NCBI GenBank assembly: GCA_951406725.2
Contig: OX597819.1
Span: 68,634,001 to 68,698,000, forward strand
DNA from: Octopus vulgaris
Taxonomy: Eukaryota
DNA: 64,000 bases
Direction of reading: 5' to 3'
Shown here: positions 40,065-53,305 of the stretch, piece by piece
How the letters are laid out: each line of letters opens with the position of its first letter
How positions within the stretch are numbered: position 1 is the first letter of the stretch
Notes under the pieces: generated by a model
What the model saw: the letters and a program-made list of their open reading frames with translations, nothing else
What the model was told of the DNA's origin: nothing
Database searches by the model: none
Program-made: the position numbers and the translations under genes

Positions 40065-40390
40065 TAGGTGCGTGGCTTAGTGGTTTAGGTATTCAGATCA
40101 CAACCTTACGATCATCAGATCGATTGTCGGTAGTACGTTGCTTCCTTGAGCAAGACAATTTATTTCACGTTGCTCGGGTCCAGTCAGTTGGTAAAAATGA
40201 GTTTTATCTGTTATTCAAAGAGTCAGCCTTGTCACTCTTTGTATCACGTTGAATTTCCTTGAGGCCTATGTGAACTGTACGTATGTCTATAGAGTACTTA
40301 TCTATTTGCATATCAATTTCACGAGCCAGCAGGTCCGCTGATCGAATCAACCGGAAGACTGGTTTCTGTAATCGACGGATTGCCAGACTA
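40065..40390 (+). mobile_element. SINE family D, degenerate
   Basis: Homologous to 23978-24290. Confidence 0.75.
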
Positions 40391-40514
40391 TTTTGTTTGT
40401 ATGCTTGAAATAGCAGTCAAAACACATTCTTTGTTCATAAAAATTACCGAGACGATATATTTAAGAACTAACTTCAACACTGAGCTAACATACCTCTTTC
40501 TATAAAATCAGTAA

Positions 40515-40825
40515 TGACTATTCTTTGTTCCTTCTCGAGTCACGCCAGGCTTATAAGGGCTGGTTTCCCGGTTTCCTTGGCGTATAGATTCCCCGCCTGG
40601 ACAGGACGCCGGTCCGTCGCAGGTGAGCTTCAAGATGCAGGAGGACAGAGTGAGAGAAAGTTTTGGCGAAAGACTCAGCAGAGGTTCGCCATTATCTTCT
40701 GCCAGAGACACGTGGAGCTTAAGTGTTTCGCTCATAAACACTCACATCATTGGGTCTAAGATTCGAACCCGCGATCCCTCGAGCGCTACTCCGCTGCTCT
40801 AAACCAGTAGGCCATGTGCCTCCGC
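40515..40825 (-). mobile_element. SINE family C
   Basis: Reverse complement of the 13879-14170 head and 'gcgacggaccggcgtcctgtccagg' tail. Confidence 0.75.
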
Positions 40826-41695
40826 AGTAATGGCTATACAAATGTATAATCGGTGCTAACTCTAATGTCTTGCCATAAAACAAAACTTCGCAAAGAGACT
40901 TGTGCTTTAGAAAGCACAGGTGTTAACTCAGAAAGCAGGTGGTGAGCTAGACATGATGTTTTGATCCGCCTATATAGGATTGCATACATAGATCAGCGTT
41001 TTAACTCTTTAGTATTCGGATTACTTAATCAAATTTAATGCTTATTCAATGACATTGGTTTGAATTAATCACAAATTTTCTCAGAGCTTTGAAATTTCAA
41101 TGATGCGCTTGTTTATTTTCAGAATTTCATTGTAGCTTTGATATGAGAGGTCAGACCGGGCTATTCTGAACACAAAATAGGTCTGATATCGCCGTTCTCA
41201 ATGCCAAATGGTTAATATAAGGCAATTTAAAATGCGCATAGTAATTTAATTCTAACGCCTAATGTTTGCACAAATCAGTAAATGTTACTTCTACCTATTT
41301 CTGCATCAAAACACGTACTTTGGACTTATCCGAGAACATGCAGAATATTCGTCTCTGAGGAAACCAAATCAAGTCGAAACAGATTGTCTGGCAATCCACC
41401 CGTGCTCTGAGCTAACCCCTCAATTTTTAATGTGCATGTCTGTATACATGCGTTTCTGTGAGCCCAAACGTAACATCTGCTTCTGCTCTCTGGTTCTATA
41501 CATATTATATACATTATACGCACAAATATTTTAATCTAACACTGTTTGAAACGTGCATATCAATTCCATATTGAAAATATCTGGTGAATGAGACACGCAA
41601 CGTTCACGATAGCAACAAACAATTGATCATATATCTGTTCGAAAAGCGATGCTCTTACGTTAACCTCGCACACAACGCGAATTACTTAAATCCAG

Positions 41696-41754
<59 letters not shown>

Positions 41755-41757
<3 letters not shown>

Positions 41758-42233
41758 TCAGCAAAATTTTGATTAAGATGAATATGGTACTAAAGTTAAA
41801 GAACATGGTAGTAGAAGGTCCTTCTCCATGGGCAGATTTTTTATCATTGAGTTCACTTTGTTATTTATATTTATGAATGGGCATGACTTTTTTTATTTGT
41901 TTTTTTGGGTTCAGAAAACCCTTCCCCATTGATAAATCTAAATAACAAAGTGAACTCATGGATAAAAAATCTGCCCATTAGGAAGGACCTTCAACTACCA
42001 TGTTCTTAATGATGAAATTAACCTCTCTGTCTATAGATCTACACTCTTTGTAATGTTGGCTATGGAATAAGTATAAAAGTGTACGTTGTCTATTTAATTA
42101 AAAAAAATCTATATGTGGCTGAAGATTGCTCTACATTTTAAAACTGATGTAATACTTACATTGTTTAATAACATGAAGTAGCATGAAACGATTGTACTAC
42201 ACTGCCTTGGATAGCCCTGTTGCTTATTTTGAT
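41755..42233. mobile_element. PLE-type inverted-repeat remnant related to 14987-17378, with a hammerhead
   Basis: 41755-41810 matches 14987-15040. There is an internal inverted repeat 41795-41872 / 41933-42009. HHR on plus at 42114-42201: UGUGG-CUGAAGA...GAAA-CGAUU-GUA/CUACA. Confidence 0.7.
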
Positions 42234-42273
42234 TATATATATACATATATATATTCATTTATATATGCATGCG

Positions 42274-42333
<60 letters not shown>

Positions 42334-42335
<2 letters not shown>

Positions 42336-43224
42336 GCAACTGAATGAGGGAAAATTTGAGCTGATGCATTTTGGAAGAAATTCCTCACTAAAACAATCAT
42401 ACTCTCTTCCTTCAGGGGAACCGCTCACAGCCTCTAACAATATCAGAGACATGGGTGTAATTGTTGATGACGATCTCAGTTGGAGTGCACACATCAACAA
42501 GAAGGTCGATATAGCTCGTAGGATGAGTTCATGGATCTTAAGAACTTTACGGTCCAGAGAACAAGGTGTCATCATACCACTTTTTTCCTCCTTTGTACGG
42601 CCACACCTTGAATATTGCTGCCCTCTGTGGTCTCCTCACACAAGACAAAACATCTCCAGAATTAAGTCACCCCAGAGGGCTCTCACTAAACAAATTGAAG
42701 GCATGGCTGCTCTCGATTATTGGGATCGCCTTAAAGCCTTGAAACTTTACTCCCTCCAGTGTCGCCGTGAGCGGTACATCATTTGTACGATGTGGAAAAT
42801 ATACCGCCAACTTTGCCCAAACGACCTAAACATTAGCTTCAAGGTTAATCCAAGACTTGGACCACGGGCTATACGTCCCCTGCCAAATTCAAGATCACAA
42901 CATACATGTACACTGCAACATAATTTCTTTTCCTCAACAGGCCCTGCCCTATTTAACATTGTCCCGAGGGAGATCATAGAGGAAAAGGATCCCATCAACT
43001 TTAAACAGAGTCTGGATAGATTCCTTCAAAGAATACCAGATAAGCCACCCATAATTGGATACAATTCACCCAACAAGAACTCACTACTTGAACAAAACTG
43101 GATACAACTCACCCAACAAGAACTCACTACTTGAACAAAACTTGACTTAAACAGGATTCGAATAATCCTATCAGGTGGTGCTATTAAGTTAGACATGGCC
43201 TGGACCAATCTTTGGTCGAAACAT
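42334..43224 (+). mobile_element. CR1-group LINE 3' fragment with an open RT C-terminus and 3' tail
   Basis: MQLNEGKFELMHFG...RDMGVIVDDDLSWSAHI...SFVRPHLEYCCPLWSPH...QRALTK...LDYWDRLKALKLYSLQCRRER...FKQSLDRFL. Tail (TATCTAAGTT)2; 5'-truncated into (AT)n. Confidence 0.93.
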
Positions 43225-43239
43225 ATCTAAGTTTATCTA

Positions 43240-43299
<60 letters not shown>

Positions 43300-43409
43300 G
43301 AGATGGTGTCAGCCCTTCTGGTGACGTTGATGATCGCCTGGGGCTAAATGCATCAGTAACACCCCCACCACCCCGCCCTGTCCCTAGCCACATTCAGATG
43401 GCTGATCCC

Positions 43410-43458
<49 letters not shown>

Positions 43459-44194
43459 ATATATATATATATATACATACATACATACATACACGCAGGA
43501 ACAGCACTACGGATGCGCCCAAGATACATTACATACAACAACAGTTGCAGCAGTAAGCGCAAACATAATAGCTTTGCCTTTACTCTCGCAATTTATATAT
43601 TTATTCGTGCATTTATTTTATTTGTTTATCAATTCCTAACGCTAGCTTGAATTGTTCAATATTTATCATGAAATTCTTCGAAATAATCGTAACTAAATTA
43701 ACATCACTTCGTTTGAAATTATATAAGATGAACTAACAGGCAACATTTGTATAATTCTATTATCTTGTAATGGCCAATAATTTCAAATGCATTGCTGAAA
43801 TAATCAGATGAAATAATAAGGTATTGGACCTCGAAGTGATACATCTTGACATCAGATCCCTTGCGTGGGTATCGCAGATAATTTACAGAACAAACATTTA
43901 TTGTTCGCACCTGAGAGTTTTATTGTAGCAATATTAATATCGCAACTACGTTAACAGAGTACACGTACTCAAAATGATCTTCGAACTATTGCAGCAATCC
44001 GATACTGTTCTAAGGAACAGATAATCGGTTATTCAATCACTGCGAGTGCAGTCATGTCGTGGTCGGCGTAGCATGTAAGGGAGAGATAAATTGTGTTAAG
44101 CAATCTCCGTGCTGTTGTCTATAGTTTCTGCGGAAATACATCTGTGTATGCATGCAAGCATGCCTTCATTTTTGTATGTATTATATATATGTAT

Positions 44195-44792
44195 GCATGT
44201 ATTTGGGGGATAAAATGGAAAATGGTCATTAGTAATGTGGAGGTGCTTGAGAAAAGTGGCAATACAAGTATATATTCAATGATTTTGCAAGATAGTGGGG
44301 GACATTTGGTAAATATAAGTGATGGGCGACTGCCCAAGCAGCTATTGTATGGTGAGCTGGAAGATGGCACGACACCAGCGCATAAGCGTAAGCTAAGTTT
44401 TAAGTATTGCCTTAAAAATGATCTAATACAGGCAGGAATTGCAGATTGTGATTGGGAGAAGGAAGCACAAAACCGTGATGGATGGAGGAAGATGGTTCAT
44501 AGTGGTTGTTCAAGGTTTGAGAGGGAGAGAGTGATGTGTGATTGAATTAGGAGGGGGTTTAGAAGGAGAGAACCTGTGGAAAGTGAGAGAGTGTTGCTTT
44601 TTGTGTGTGCGGTTTGTGGGAGGAGGTGTTTGAGTCCTGTAGATCTGGTGAGCCAGCAAAAAACTTACAGGAATTTACCCACGATAAAAAGTCATATGGC
44701 TAGTAAAATTCACAACAAAACCTGTGTTAAATGTGGAAGGGTGTGCCTCTCAGTTGGAGGTCTGAAAACACACGTTAAGATAGTGCATATAA
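44195..44792 (+). mobile_element. RTE-clade LINE 3' fragment with C2H2-type fingers
   Basis: GIKWKMVISNVEVLEK...GHLVNISDGRLPKQLLYGEL...WEKEAQNRDGWRKMV; FVCAVCGRRC; CVKCGRVCLSVGGLKTHVKIVH. Confidence 0.85.
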
Positions 44793-44794
44793 TG

Positions 44795-44956
44795 GCACCT
44801 GTTTCTCTAATTGGATTTTTGTAATTTTTTCAAGACTTATACACGCTCTGATACCGTCGGTATCTACATATCAAATTTGAGCGCAATCGGATGGAGGATG
44901 CCCGAGATCTTAGAAGACACACACACAGACAGACAGAATGGATTTTATATAATAGA
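44795..44956 (-). mobile_element. 5' end of a non-autonomous Helitron
   Basis: Minus strand begins A|TCTATTATATAAAATCCATTCTGTCTGTCTGTGTG, with a 'caaatttgagcgcaatcggatg' motif on plus. The layout matches 60650-60770. No 3' CTAG end was found. Confidence 0.6.
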
Positions 44957-45139
44957 TATATATGCAGGTTCCCTCCTTCTAACTCCTCTTTTAATTCTCT
45001 CATACTTCACCTTCTCCCTCTAAACCCCTTGAACATCCACTATGAACTATATTCCTCTATCCATCGCGGTCTTGTGCTACCTTCTCTCAATCAATAGCTG
45101 CAATTCCCCTTTTTATTAAAGCATTTTAAAGCAATACTT

Positions 45140-45389
<250 letters not shown>

Positions 45390-47542
45390 CTAAAGTGTAT
45401 ATTCAAATCCTTGAATACGACTATGCTGGAGTACAAGCTTGAGGGGTTTTAGTCGAAAACATTGACACCCAGGGCTTATCTTGTTAAGTCTAATACTCAT
45501 TCTACCGGTTGCTTTTGCCGAACCGCTAATTTCAGGAACGTAAACACATCAACACCAGTCGTCAAGCAGGGATGGGTGGGACAAATACAGACACAAAGAC
45601 ACAAACACAGATACATACATACATATATATGCGTGTGTGTGTGTTTTTGTTTTCGTGAGTGCGTATATTTTTCCATGTGTGTGTATGTTTGTTCGAAGAT
45701 ATTAAAACACGCGTATTCAAGTAGGATATGTGACAAAATCTTTTAAAACACCGACTTCTATCAAAGATTCCTTTCAGTTTGTGACTGGCTTCCATTCAAC
45801 AAAGACAACAAAAATATAACGTAAATTTAAGGAAATCCCATTGATATAGACGTAGATAATAATTCTGTGTATCGATTCGTGGGTCTCAAAGTAATTAATT
45901 GTTCGAAGGTAAGTGTCTAATGGCCCGTTGCATTTATAAAGTTGTCACACAAAACCCATATTATTCACTTCATGAAATTTTAGCTCAGTCCAAGACTATA
46001 ACATAACGAAACATTAGTTGCCACATAAACATTGAATTTTTTTTGGCAAGTGTTGAGAATAAAGTAAGGAGGAAAGCACACGTTCCCTTATTTTTATTAC
46101 TCTTTGCCTTTTAAAAAAAGGGGGGGGATGATTCATACATGTTTTTAAAGTAATTTACGATTTGAATTTAATGATCTGAGAATCGCATATGACTATGAAA
46201 TTCATAAAATCAACCTTGATTGTTGTAAGTGACAACGATTACTGTCAGGTTGTCGAGAAGGTGGACCAAGTAACCAAATGTCTTCATTGTCAACATGAAT
46301 TTTTAAAAAAAAAAAAAAGGGTTAACTATAACTAAAACTGACATTCATTGACACTGCGAAACATTGAAATTAGAAATTATTCTTTCTGATGGTACCCAAT
46401 GGAAAAATACCACAAAGAATAATCGCTGCAATGGTATAACGAAACGATGGCTGGAATTGAGGTTTTATGGATATGACAAATATGGATGGGTTTCCATGAA
46501 GAATTTGAAAGGGATGTTTTTTTCTTTGCTTTTGAAAATGAATTAACAAATGGAGAAACGATTCTACCCTTGACTTCAATAAAGGTGTTGAGGAAGAAAG
46601 AAGAGCACATCGATCCTCTTTCAGAGTTTTACACCTACTCTAAAAAACAGTACCAGAGTATGTATCAAAACTCATTGTAACGAATAATGTAGTCTGGAGT
46701 AAATGATGCTCTTATATATTTTAAGTTAGTCATAAATGCAATGCCTTTCATAATATATCTATTGGATTACTGACAGATTAAGTTTTAACAACAGAAAGAA
46801 CAACAACAGAAACGTGTAACTATTTTAGAGGTACAACGTGTCGTCGTTTACAGTCTCTACAAATGTCTAATCTATTCTACAACCTAGAAGCATGAAAACA
46901 GCCAATCAGAGAGCAATTTAGCTCTGAACATGAAAGGATCAATTAAGTACCGCTGATCATTATATTGATTTTTCATCGATTATGGCTCTCATGTTATATA
47001 TGATATATTAATTATCCATTGGGATCGTAAGCATACAAATAATTCTGAAACAATCTAATAATTATTATCGAGATAGGAATGGCCAATCCATTAGTTAGAA
47101 TGAGACATAGATTATCAACATTTTCATGGAACCACTGGGGGAAACAGTGACGTTCCTAAATATGAAATACAATTTTGTTTGTTAGAATTTTCTCTTATTT
47201 ACAGATGACTGAAAAAGAGAAGAGAGAGGAAGTGTGAACCGCGCAAAATGCCTGTTTGTTGGCTAGCTTATGTATTAGAATTCATTTTCCTAAGAATTGC
47301 TGTATATTGATCTCGGTACGGCTTAAATGTAAAATAACATTTTAAACCGGAGGTGCTACAAGGAAGACAGAAGAGGCACCCTAAACTATATATTCGATAA
47401 ATGCGAATGAAGAACTGAAATATAACAATGAAAGAGTAATCAGCTCTTGGAATAGCTCGAGTTAAAATAGCTTACGATACCATTCTACGGTTTTGGTGTA
47501 CCTTAGCCTGATTGTTACAACTCACCAGATCACTCACTAGTA

Positions 47543-47767
47543 TTCTTTTATTCTTTTATTCTTTTACTTGTTTCACTCATTTGTCTGTGGCCATGCTGGA
47601 GCACCGTCTTTTAGTCGAGCAAATCGACCCAAGGACTTATTCTTTGTAAGCCTAGTACTTATTCCATCGGTCTCTTTTGCCGAACCGCTAAGTTATGGTA
47701 GACGTAAACACACCAGCATCGGATGTCAAGCGATGTTGGCAGGGTGGGGATACAGACGCACAAACAT

Positions 47768-47808
<41 letters not shown>

Positions 47809-47964
47809 CGACGGGCTTCTTTCAGTTTCCGTCTACCAAATCCACTCAAAAGGCTTTGGTCGGCCCGAGGTTATAATGGAAGACAGTTGCCCAACGTGCC
47901 ACGCAATGGGGCTGAACCATGTGGTTGGTAAGAAAGCTATTTACCACACAGCAACTCCTGCGCC
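47543..47964 (-). mobile_element. Near full-length SINE family A
   Basis: Colinear with 4560-4976; (TTCTTTTA)n tail. Confidence 0.9.
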
Positions 47965-47977
47965 TAAACAAATACTT

Positions 47978-48012
47978 AGGTTCTACCGAGACTTGAACTC
48001 TGATCGCTGGAT
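47978..48012 (-). pseudogene. 3' half of tRNA-Gln (truncated tRNA pseudogene or SINE head)
   Basis: Minus strand ATCCAGCGATCAGAGTTCAAGTCTCGGTAGAACCT closely resembles the metazoan tRNA-Gln 3' half. The 5' half and anticodon are missing. Confidence 0.7.
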
Positions 48013-48769
48013 CACGCACGATGGGTAAAATGGCACACTCGAAAACGAAGTTGTTGAACAAATGTTTCACTGAGATATGGTGTGGAATTTGTTATAGCGC
48101 TGATTACCATGTGAGTGATTCTTAGAAATGTCGATGAGGGTTACAAACGAGGGAGGAACACACTTTCTCTAAAACATTTTCACAGCTCTAGTTTTCCTCC
48201 ATATATAAGTCAAACTCCAGCTCTTTTCTTTCTCATTTAAAATCAAGTATAAAGTATTCAGACATATACACATGTAAATATGGAAATTAATAAGATGACA
48301 ATTTGCATAAGACGATGACAATTTGCATAAGTTTTAATCAGATCTGAGCAATGTCTCACGTTTGTCTTCTCACAGCCTAGACATTTGGATATTCAGTAAA
48401 AAAGGAGAGTTTCAACATGTTGGTAACAAGCATTCTATATCCATCACTTTCAGCCGATTTGCTCTAATGTATTAATGTTTTGGATGTTCAAATAGTACAG
48501 TCTAACATTTGGAGATCTTTGCATTTCAATGAAGCCATACTTTTGAAATTAATTCAACAAGATATTTAACAAGATCAGCCTAGATATAATGACTCGAATA
48601 CAATAGACATTTTGACGGTATATGTTAACATTACCATTCATTTTCTGTTTTCTAATCGTAATCTTCTGGGTTTCACTTGTATAGATGTCAGGTTGTCTAG
48701 AAAGTTATATCTGAGTATTAGTATTTATTCAAAAGTAACAACATATGTATAATTGATACATTTAATCAG

Positions 48770-49200
48770 CTAGGCACAGGTGTGTCTGTGTGTGAAGAAG
48801 CTTGCCTCTCAAACACATGGTTTCGGGTTCGGCACCACCGTGTGACTCCTTGCGAAGGTATCTTCTTCTATGGTCTCGGGCCAACCATAGATGTGTGAGC
48901 GTACTTGATAGATGGAAGCTGAAAGCCGCCTCCACCATCATGTATAGACATAAGTGTGTGTGTAAGTGCGAGTGTGTGTGTGTGTGTGTGTACGTGCGTA
49001 TTTCTTTGTGATTGCGGCTGTCAACCACCGCGGAAGGCGAACCGGCGTTGGTGTGTTTACGTCTCTGTAATTTGGTGATTCGCTGAAAGGGTCCGATAAC
49101 GTAAGTACTAGGCTTACAAAAAGCAAGTACTAAGTTCGATTCATTCGAATACAAATTCATCACGGAAGTTTTCCAGAATCATCGCAGTCTTTTGACTAAA
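48770..49200 (+). mobile_element. SINE family A, degenerate
   Basis: 'ggcacaggtgtgtctgtgtgtgaagaagcttgcctctcaaacacatggtttcgggttcgg...ggaagctgaaagccgcc'. Confidence 0.78.
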
Positions 49201-49408
49201 ATATGTATATAATTTCTTTTATTTTTTTTATCATTCCTCCCTATCCATTTGTAAGTCTTTGAATGTCTGATTTTAAAAGAAAGAAGAACTTTTGGTTTGA
49301 ATTAAAATATTTATATCTATCTAATTCTTACATATCTTCTCTGCTGGCCATTTTTGCCCGTTTCAAGAGTTTTGTCAAGACATAAACATGTATATGTATA
49401 TATATGTA

Positions 49409-49482
<74 letters not shown>

Positions 49483-49499
49483 CATAATTGCACATATAC

Positions 49500-49625
49500 A
49501 TACTTCTCATTCTCTCTCTGCTTATTTCTCTTATTCCTTTCTGTTGAAGAGTGGCGGCTCGAAACGTAAGAGACTTTTCCACTTTCCCGAGCGTGAAACT
49601 AATACAACCGTTCTGTAAATTTATA
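49500..49625 (+). mobile_element. PLE-derived repeat with a minimal hammerhead (1716 family)
   Basis: 49537-49572 reads CUUU-CUGUUGA-A-GAGU-GGCG-GCUC-GAAAC-GUA/AGAG. Confidence 0.7.
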
Positions 49626-49755
49626 TGTAAATATATATATATGTATGTATGTATGTATGCATGTATGTATGTATGTATGTATGCATGTATGTATGTATGT
49701 ATGTATACATGCATGCATGTATGTATGTATGTATGTATGTATGTGTGTATGCATG

Positions 49756-49789
<34 letters not shown>

Positions 49790-49889
49790 TGTGTGTATGT
49801 ATGCACGTATGTATGAAAGAAGGGAGATTCCTAGGAAAAAGTATCATATTGAGTAATGGAAATTTATGCCTAAACACAGTACGTTAGAT

Positions 49890-51050
49890 GATTAAGAAAG
49901 AGTGAAAGAGCTAATGATATCTGTGCTTTGTAGGAGAGAAAGAAAATCAGAAAGATTAAGAATGAAAGAAATAGATTTGTTAGAGGTAGAGAATAGATTA
50001 GTGGAAGAAAGATAATGAAAGAATGGAAGACTAATGATAAAAAGATTAGCATTAAATTAGATGAAGAAAGAATGAGAACGAAAATCTTGTGAAATGCTAA
50101 TGGAAATATGAAAGGAAAATGGAGAAGTTTAGAAGTTGATTGAGAGGAATATAAAGTAAGACGGAGGAAGATAGATAAAGAAAGATAAACAGAGAGAAAA
50201 GTTGGAATTTGTAGATAGACAGATGAAAGGTAATGGAAACCAGAATTATAAGGCGGGAGAAGAAATGAAGAAATATTTCGTTTCTTCAGTCAAGTAGTTT
50301 CAGCGAGTAATTTGTGAGAGAAGAGAATGCACGGGATGAAATAAAGAGAGTGTGGGTTAGTGTGCGAATATCTGTTCATTTGAGAGTCTGTATGTGTATG
50401 TTTCTGTTTGTGTGAGTCTCTGCGTGTCTTTATTTGTATGCGAGAAAGGAGGAGAGGGAGAGGCAGAGGCAGAGATAGAGTTGGGGAAAGAGAGTAACAA
50501 TGAGAGATAGAGAAAGCAACAGAGAGAGAAAGCAACGCAGAGAGGGAGAGAGAAGGCAACATAGAGAGAGAGAGAGAGAGAGAGAGAGAACGCGCGTGAC
50601 AGAGAGAGAGGGGGGCACAAAGGGGGATCGAGAGAGCAACAAAGGGAGAGAGAGAGAGAGCCACAAAGACAGAAAGAGAGAGCAATACAGATAAAGAGTG
50701 AGAGTAAGTGAGAGAGACTATACTGTAAGATAGAGAGAGTGACAGAGAGAGAGTAAGATCAACAAAGCGAGAAAAGAGCAACAGAGAGAATGAGGAAGTA
50801 ACAGAGAGAGAGAGAGAGATCGACAGAAGGAGACAGAGTTACAGAGGTAGAGTGAAAGAGAAAGCAAAAGATAGATAGAAATAGAGAGAGAGAGAGGGAA
50901 GTGCAATGTAGAAGGACCTGCAGAGGGAGAGAGGGTTACCGAAGGAGAGAAAGAAAGACAAGGAATTGAAAGTGAAATAAACATGATTAGACGTGGAGGT
51001 ACGAGGTTGGTAGAGAAAGAGAAGTGAGAGGAGGGTCGATGAAATTTGTA
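49890..51050. repeat. Purine-rich (GA) low-complexity region
   Basis: Degenerate (GA)n; produces Ser/Leu ORFs on the minus strand. Confidence 0.85.
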
Positions 51051-51589
51051 AAGGGAAATTAAGCAGAAGTTAAATTTTATTGGATGAAGGAAGCTGAGTT
51101 ACAGGATATAATCAGGCATTCATAGGACTTCAACCCCCCGTGAAAATGAGCAACGAGCAATAAATACTGTATTAATGGTCTGATATGCAATTTCGAATAT
51201 GGAATACCATTTAGCGGTCATCTTGAAAAGTCCATTTTATGCCATTAGATTACCAGCTATTCTTGTAGCAGATGCTAACAAGAGATATTCATGTTCAAAT
51301 TGTATTTCTAATGGCTTAGAAATATTTAGTTCTATTGCTGAATGACAAAATAAATAACGACGGAATTAAATCTAAGTCTTTTCTCTGAAATTCTGAAACT
51401 CTAAATTTCTGAAATTACCATGCTATGTCCGAATCGTTAGAACTCGCTTCCCTTTGGTCATTTACTAAATAAATTTATCAGTTTGATTCTATGTTGAGAC
51501 ATATTTTCTTTAATGTTATCGAATACTTTTAAAATTATGATACAGACATATTTCCGTACCTACCTATCTACATTACATACATACATATG

Positions 51590-52945
51590 TCATTCTAGAA
51601 GGTTATCATTTATGTATATATGAACATGTCTAGATATGCAGCTATATACATGAGTATTCATAGTTGAAAACAAACATGCAATCCACACTTATACATACAT
51701 ACAAGCAAAAATACTCTGTTGATGTTTAAAGTTCAATGAATGAACTTTGGATCTAGGTTAGAAATCGACTCTATATCTATTGGCATGGAATCTTGAAATA
51801 AAAATAAATAACAACATACATACATGCATACATACATACACACATACATGCATACATACATACATACATACATACATACATACATACATACATACATACA
51901 TACATACATACATACATCGTTAAATGTCCTTCTGAAGACATCATTAAAATGTTAGCACATCAGAACTGATATAATGATTTGGGAGAGAGAAGAGAAACTG
52001 TGCACAGTTGTGGAAATTAGTTGCGCAGTGGATGTTAACATAAAACAGAAGAGCAGTGAAAATGAGAACACCAATGCTGAACTATTAAGAAATATGTAGT
52101 TACTCTATCCAGATTACAAGTTCAGATTTATACACAGCCTAAATACCAATCTTGAGAAATTAGGCTTCACAAAATCAGAAAGAAGAAAGTTAATTCGTAG
52201 ACTATTGACCCATTCCGTCACTGGACCTGTAAAAAATCTGTAAAGCTTTCCAGAGGTTTATCATCTAAGTATATATGAGCATGTTTAGATATACAACTAT
52301 ATGCATGAGAATACACACATAAAACAAAACATACAAATATCCACCTAAAAATACAGACATGTGGATTTCTAATGAAGAAACCTTGGATTCAGGTTAGAAA
52401 CCGTCACTTTCGCGATTAGGAAGAAATGTTGAAATAAAACTGAACAATGACATACATATATACATACATACGAACAAAAATGTCTTGTTGATATTGAAAT
52501 TCCAATGAAGGAGCCTTGTATCTAGGTTAGAAACCCGCTCCTTTTCTATCGACAAGAAATCTCGAAATAAAACTGAACAATCACATACTAGAAATCGATT
52601 GCCCAGCGGATATTAGCATAAAGCTAAACATCAGCGAAAAAGAAATTACCTAAGCCGAACTGTTGAGAAATCTACAGTTACTCTATTCAGATTATATGCT
52701 AAGGCATATTATACCTATAATTCTTGGAGTACAAGGATACTTGGAGTACTGTGTGAGAATTAATATTGAGAAATTAAGTTTCTCAAACCCAAAAAGGAGA
52801 AAGCTGAGTGAATCCATCACTGGAACTGTAAAAATATGTAGAAGTTTCCAGAATTTTATCGTTTAAATATATATATGACCATGTCTAGACAAGCAACAAT
52901 ATGTATAAAAATCCATGCATAAAACAAAATATACAAATGTGCATA
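51590..52945 (+). mobile_element. Cluster of 3-4 truncated 3' ends of an R4-like RLE LINE in (TACA)n
   Basis: RTDIMIWEREEKLCTVVEISCAVDVNI (PD..E nuclease-like) at ~51960; IIPIILGVQG...SITGTVKICRSFQNF at ~52710-52860. The 3' UTR 'ctaggttagaaa...gaaataaaactgaacaat' plus CATA repeats recurs at ~51750, ~52390 and ~52520. Confidence 0.75.
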
Positions 52946-53009
52946 TATGTATACACACATATTATATGTGTGTGTGCGGTGTGTGTATAATATATACACA
53001 CACTGTTTG

Positions 53010-53305
53010 CTACTTATGTGGAAGTTATTGACAGGAATACTCGCAGAGTCAAGGTACGAACATCTAAAACAACATTGAGTCCTGCTACATGAGCAGCAGC
53101 GTTGCAAGCGTAAGTGCAGAGGTACCAAGGATCAACTCCTGATAGATAAAACTGCACTCAGAGACTGCAAGAAGAGGAAAAGTAATTTAACCTTGCCACG
53201 TGTCGACTACGATATGATCCCACAATTTGGATTATGGAGCTTATGAACCTGCCTGGGATTACATCGAACGTTGAGCGTTGCATCGAACGTTGAGCGATTG
53301 TTTGG
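53010..53305 (+). mobile_element. R4/Dong-like RT N-terminal fragment
   Basis: LMWKLLTGILAE...EQQRCKRKCRGTKDQLLIDKTALRDCKKRKSNL...VDY(..)DMIP. Confidence 0.82.

Noticed and set aside
44576-44824. Host C2H2 zinc-finger gene
   Set aside because: It directly follows RTE RT C-terminal sequence and matches the RTE terminal fingers; no tandem TGEKP linkers.
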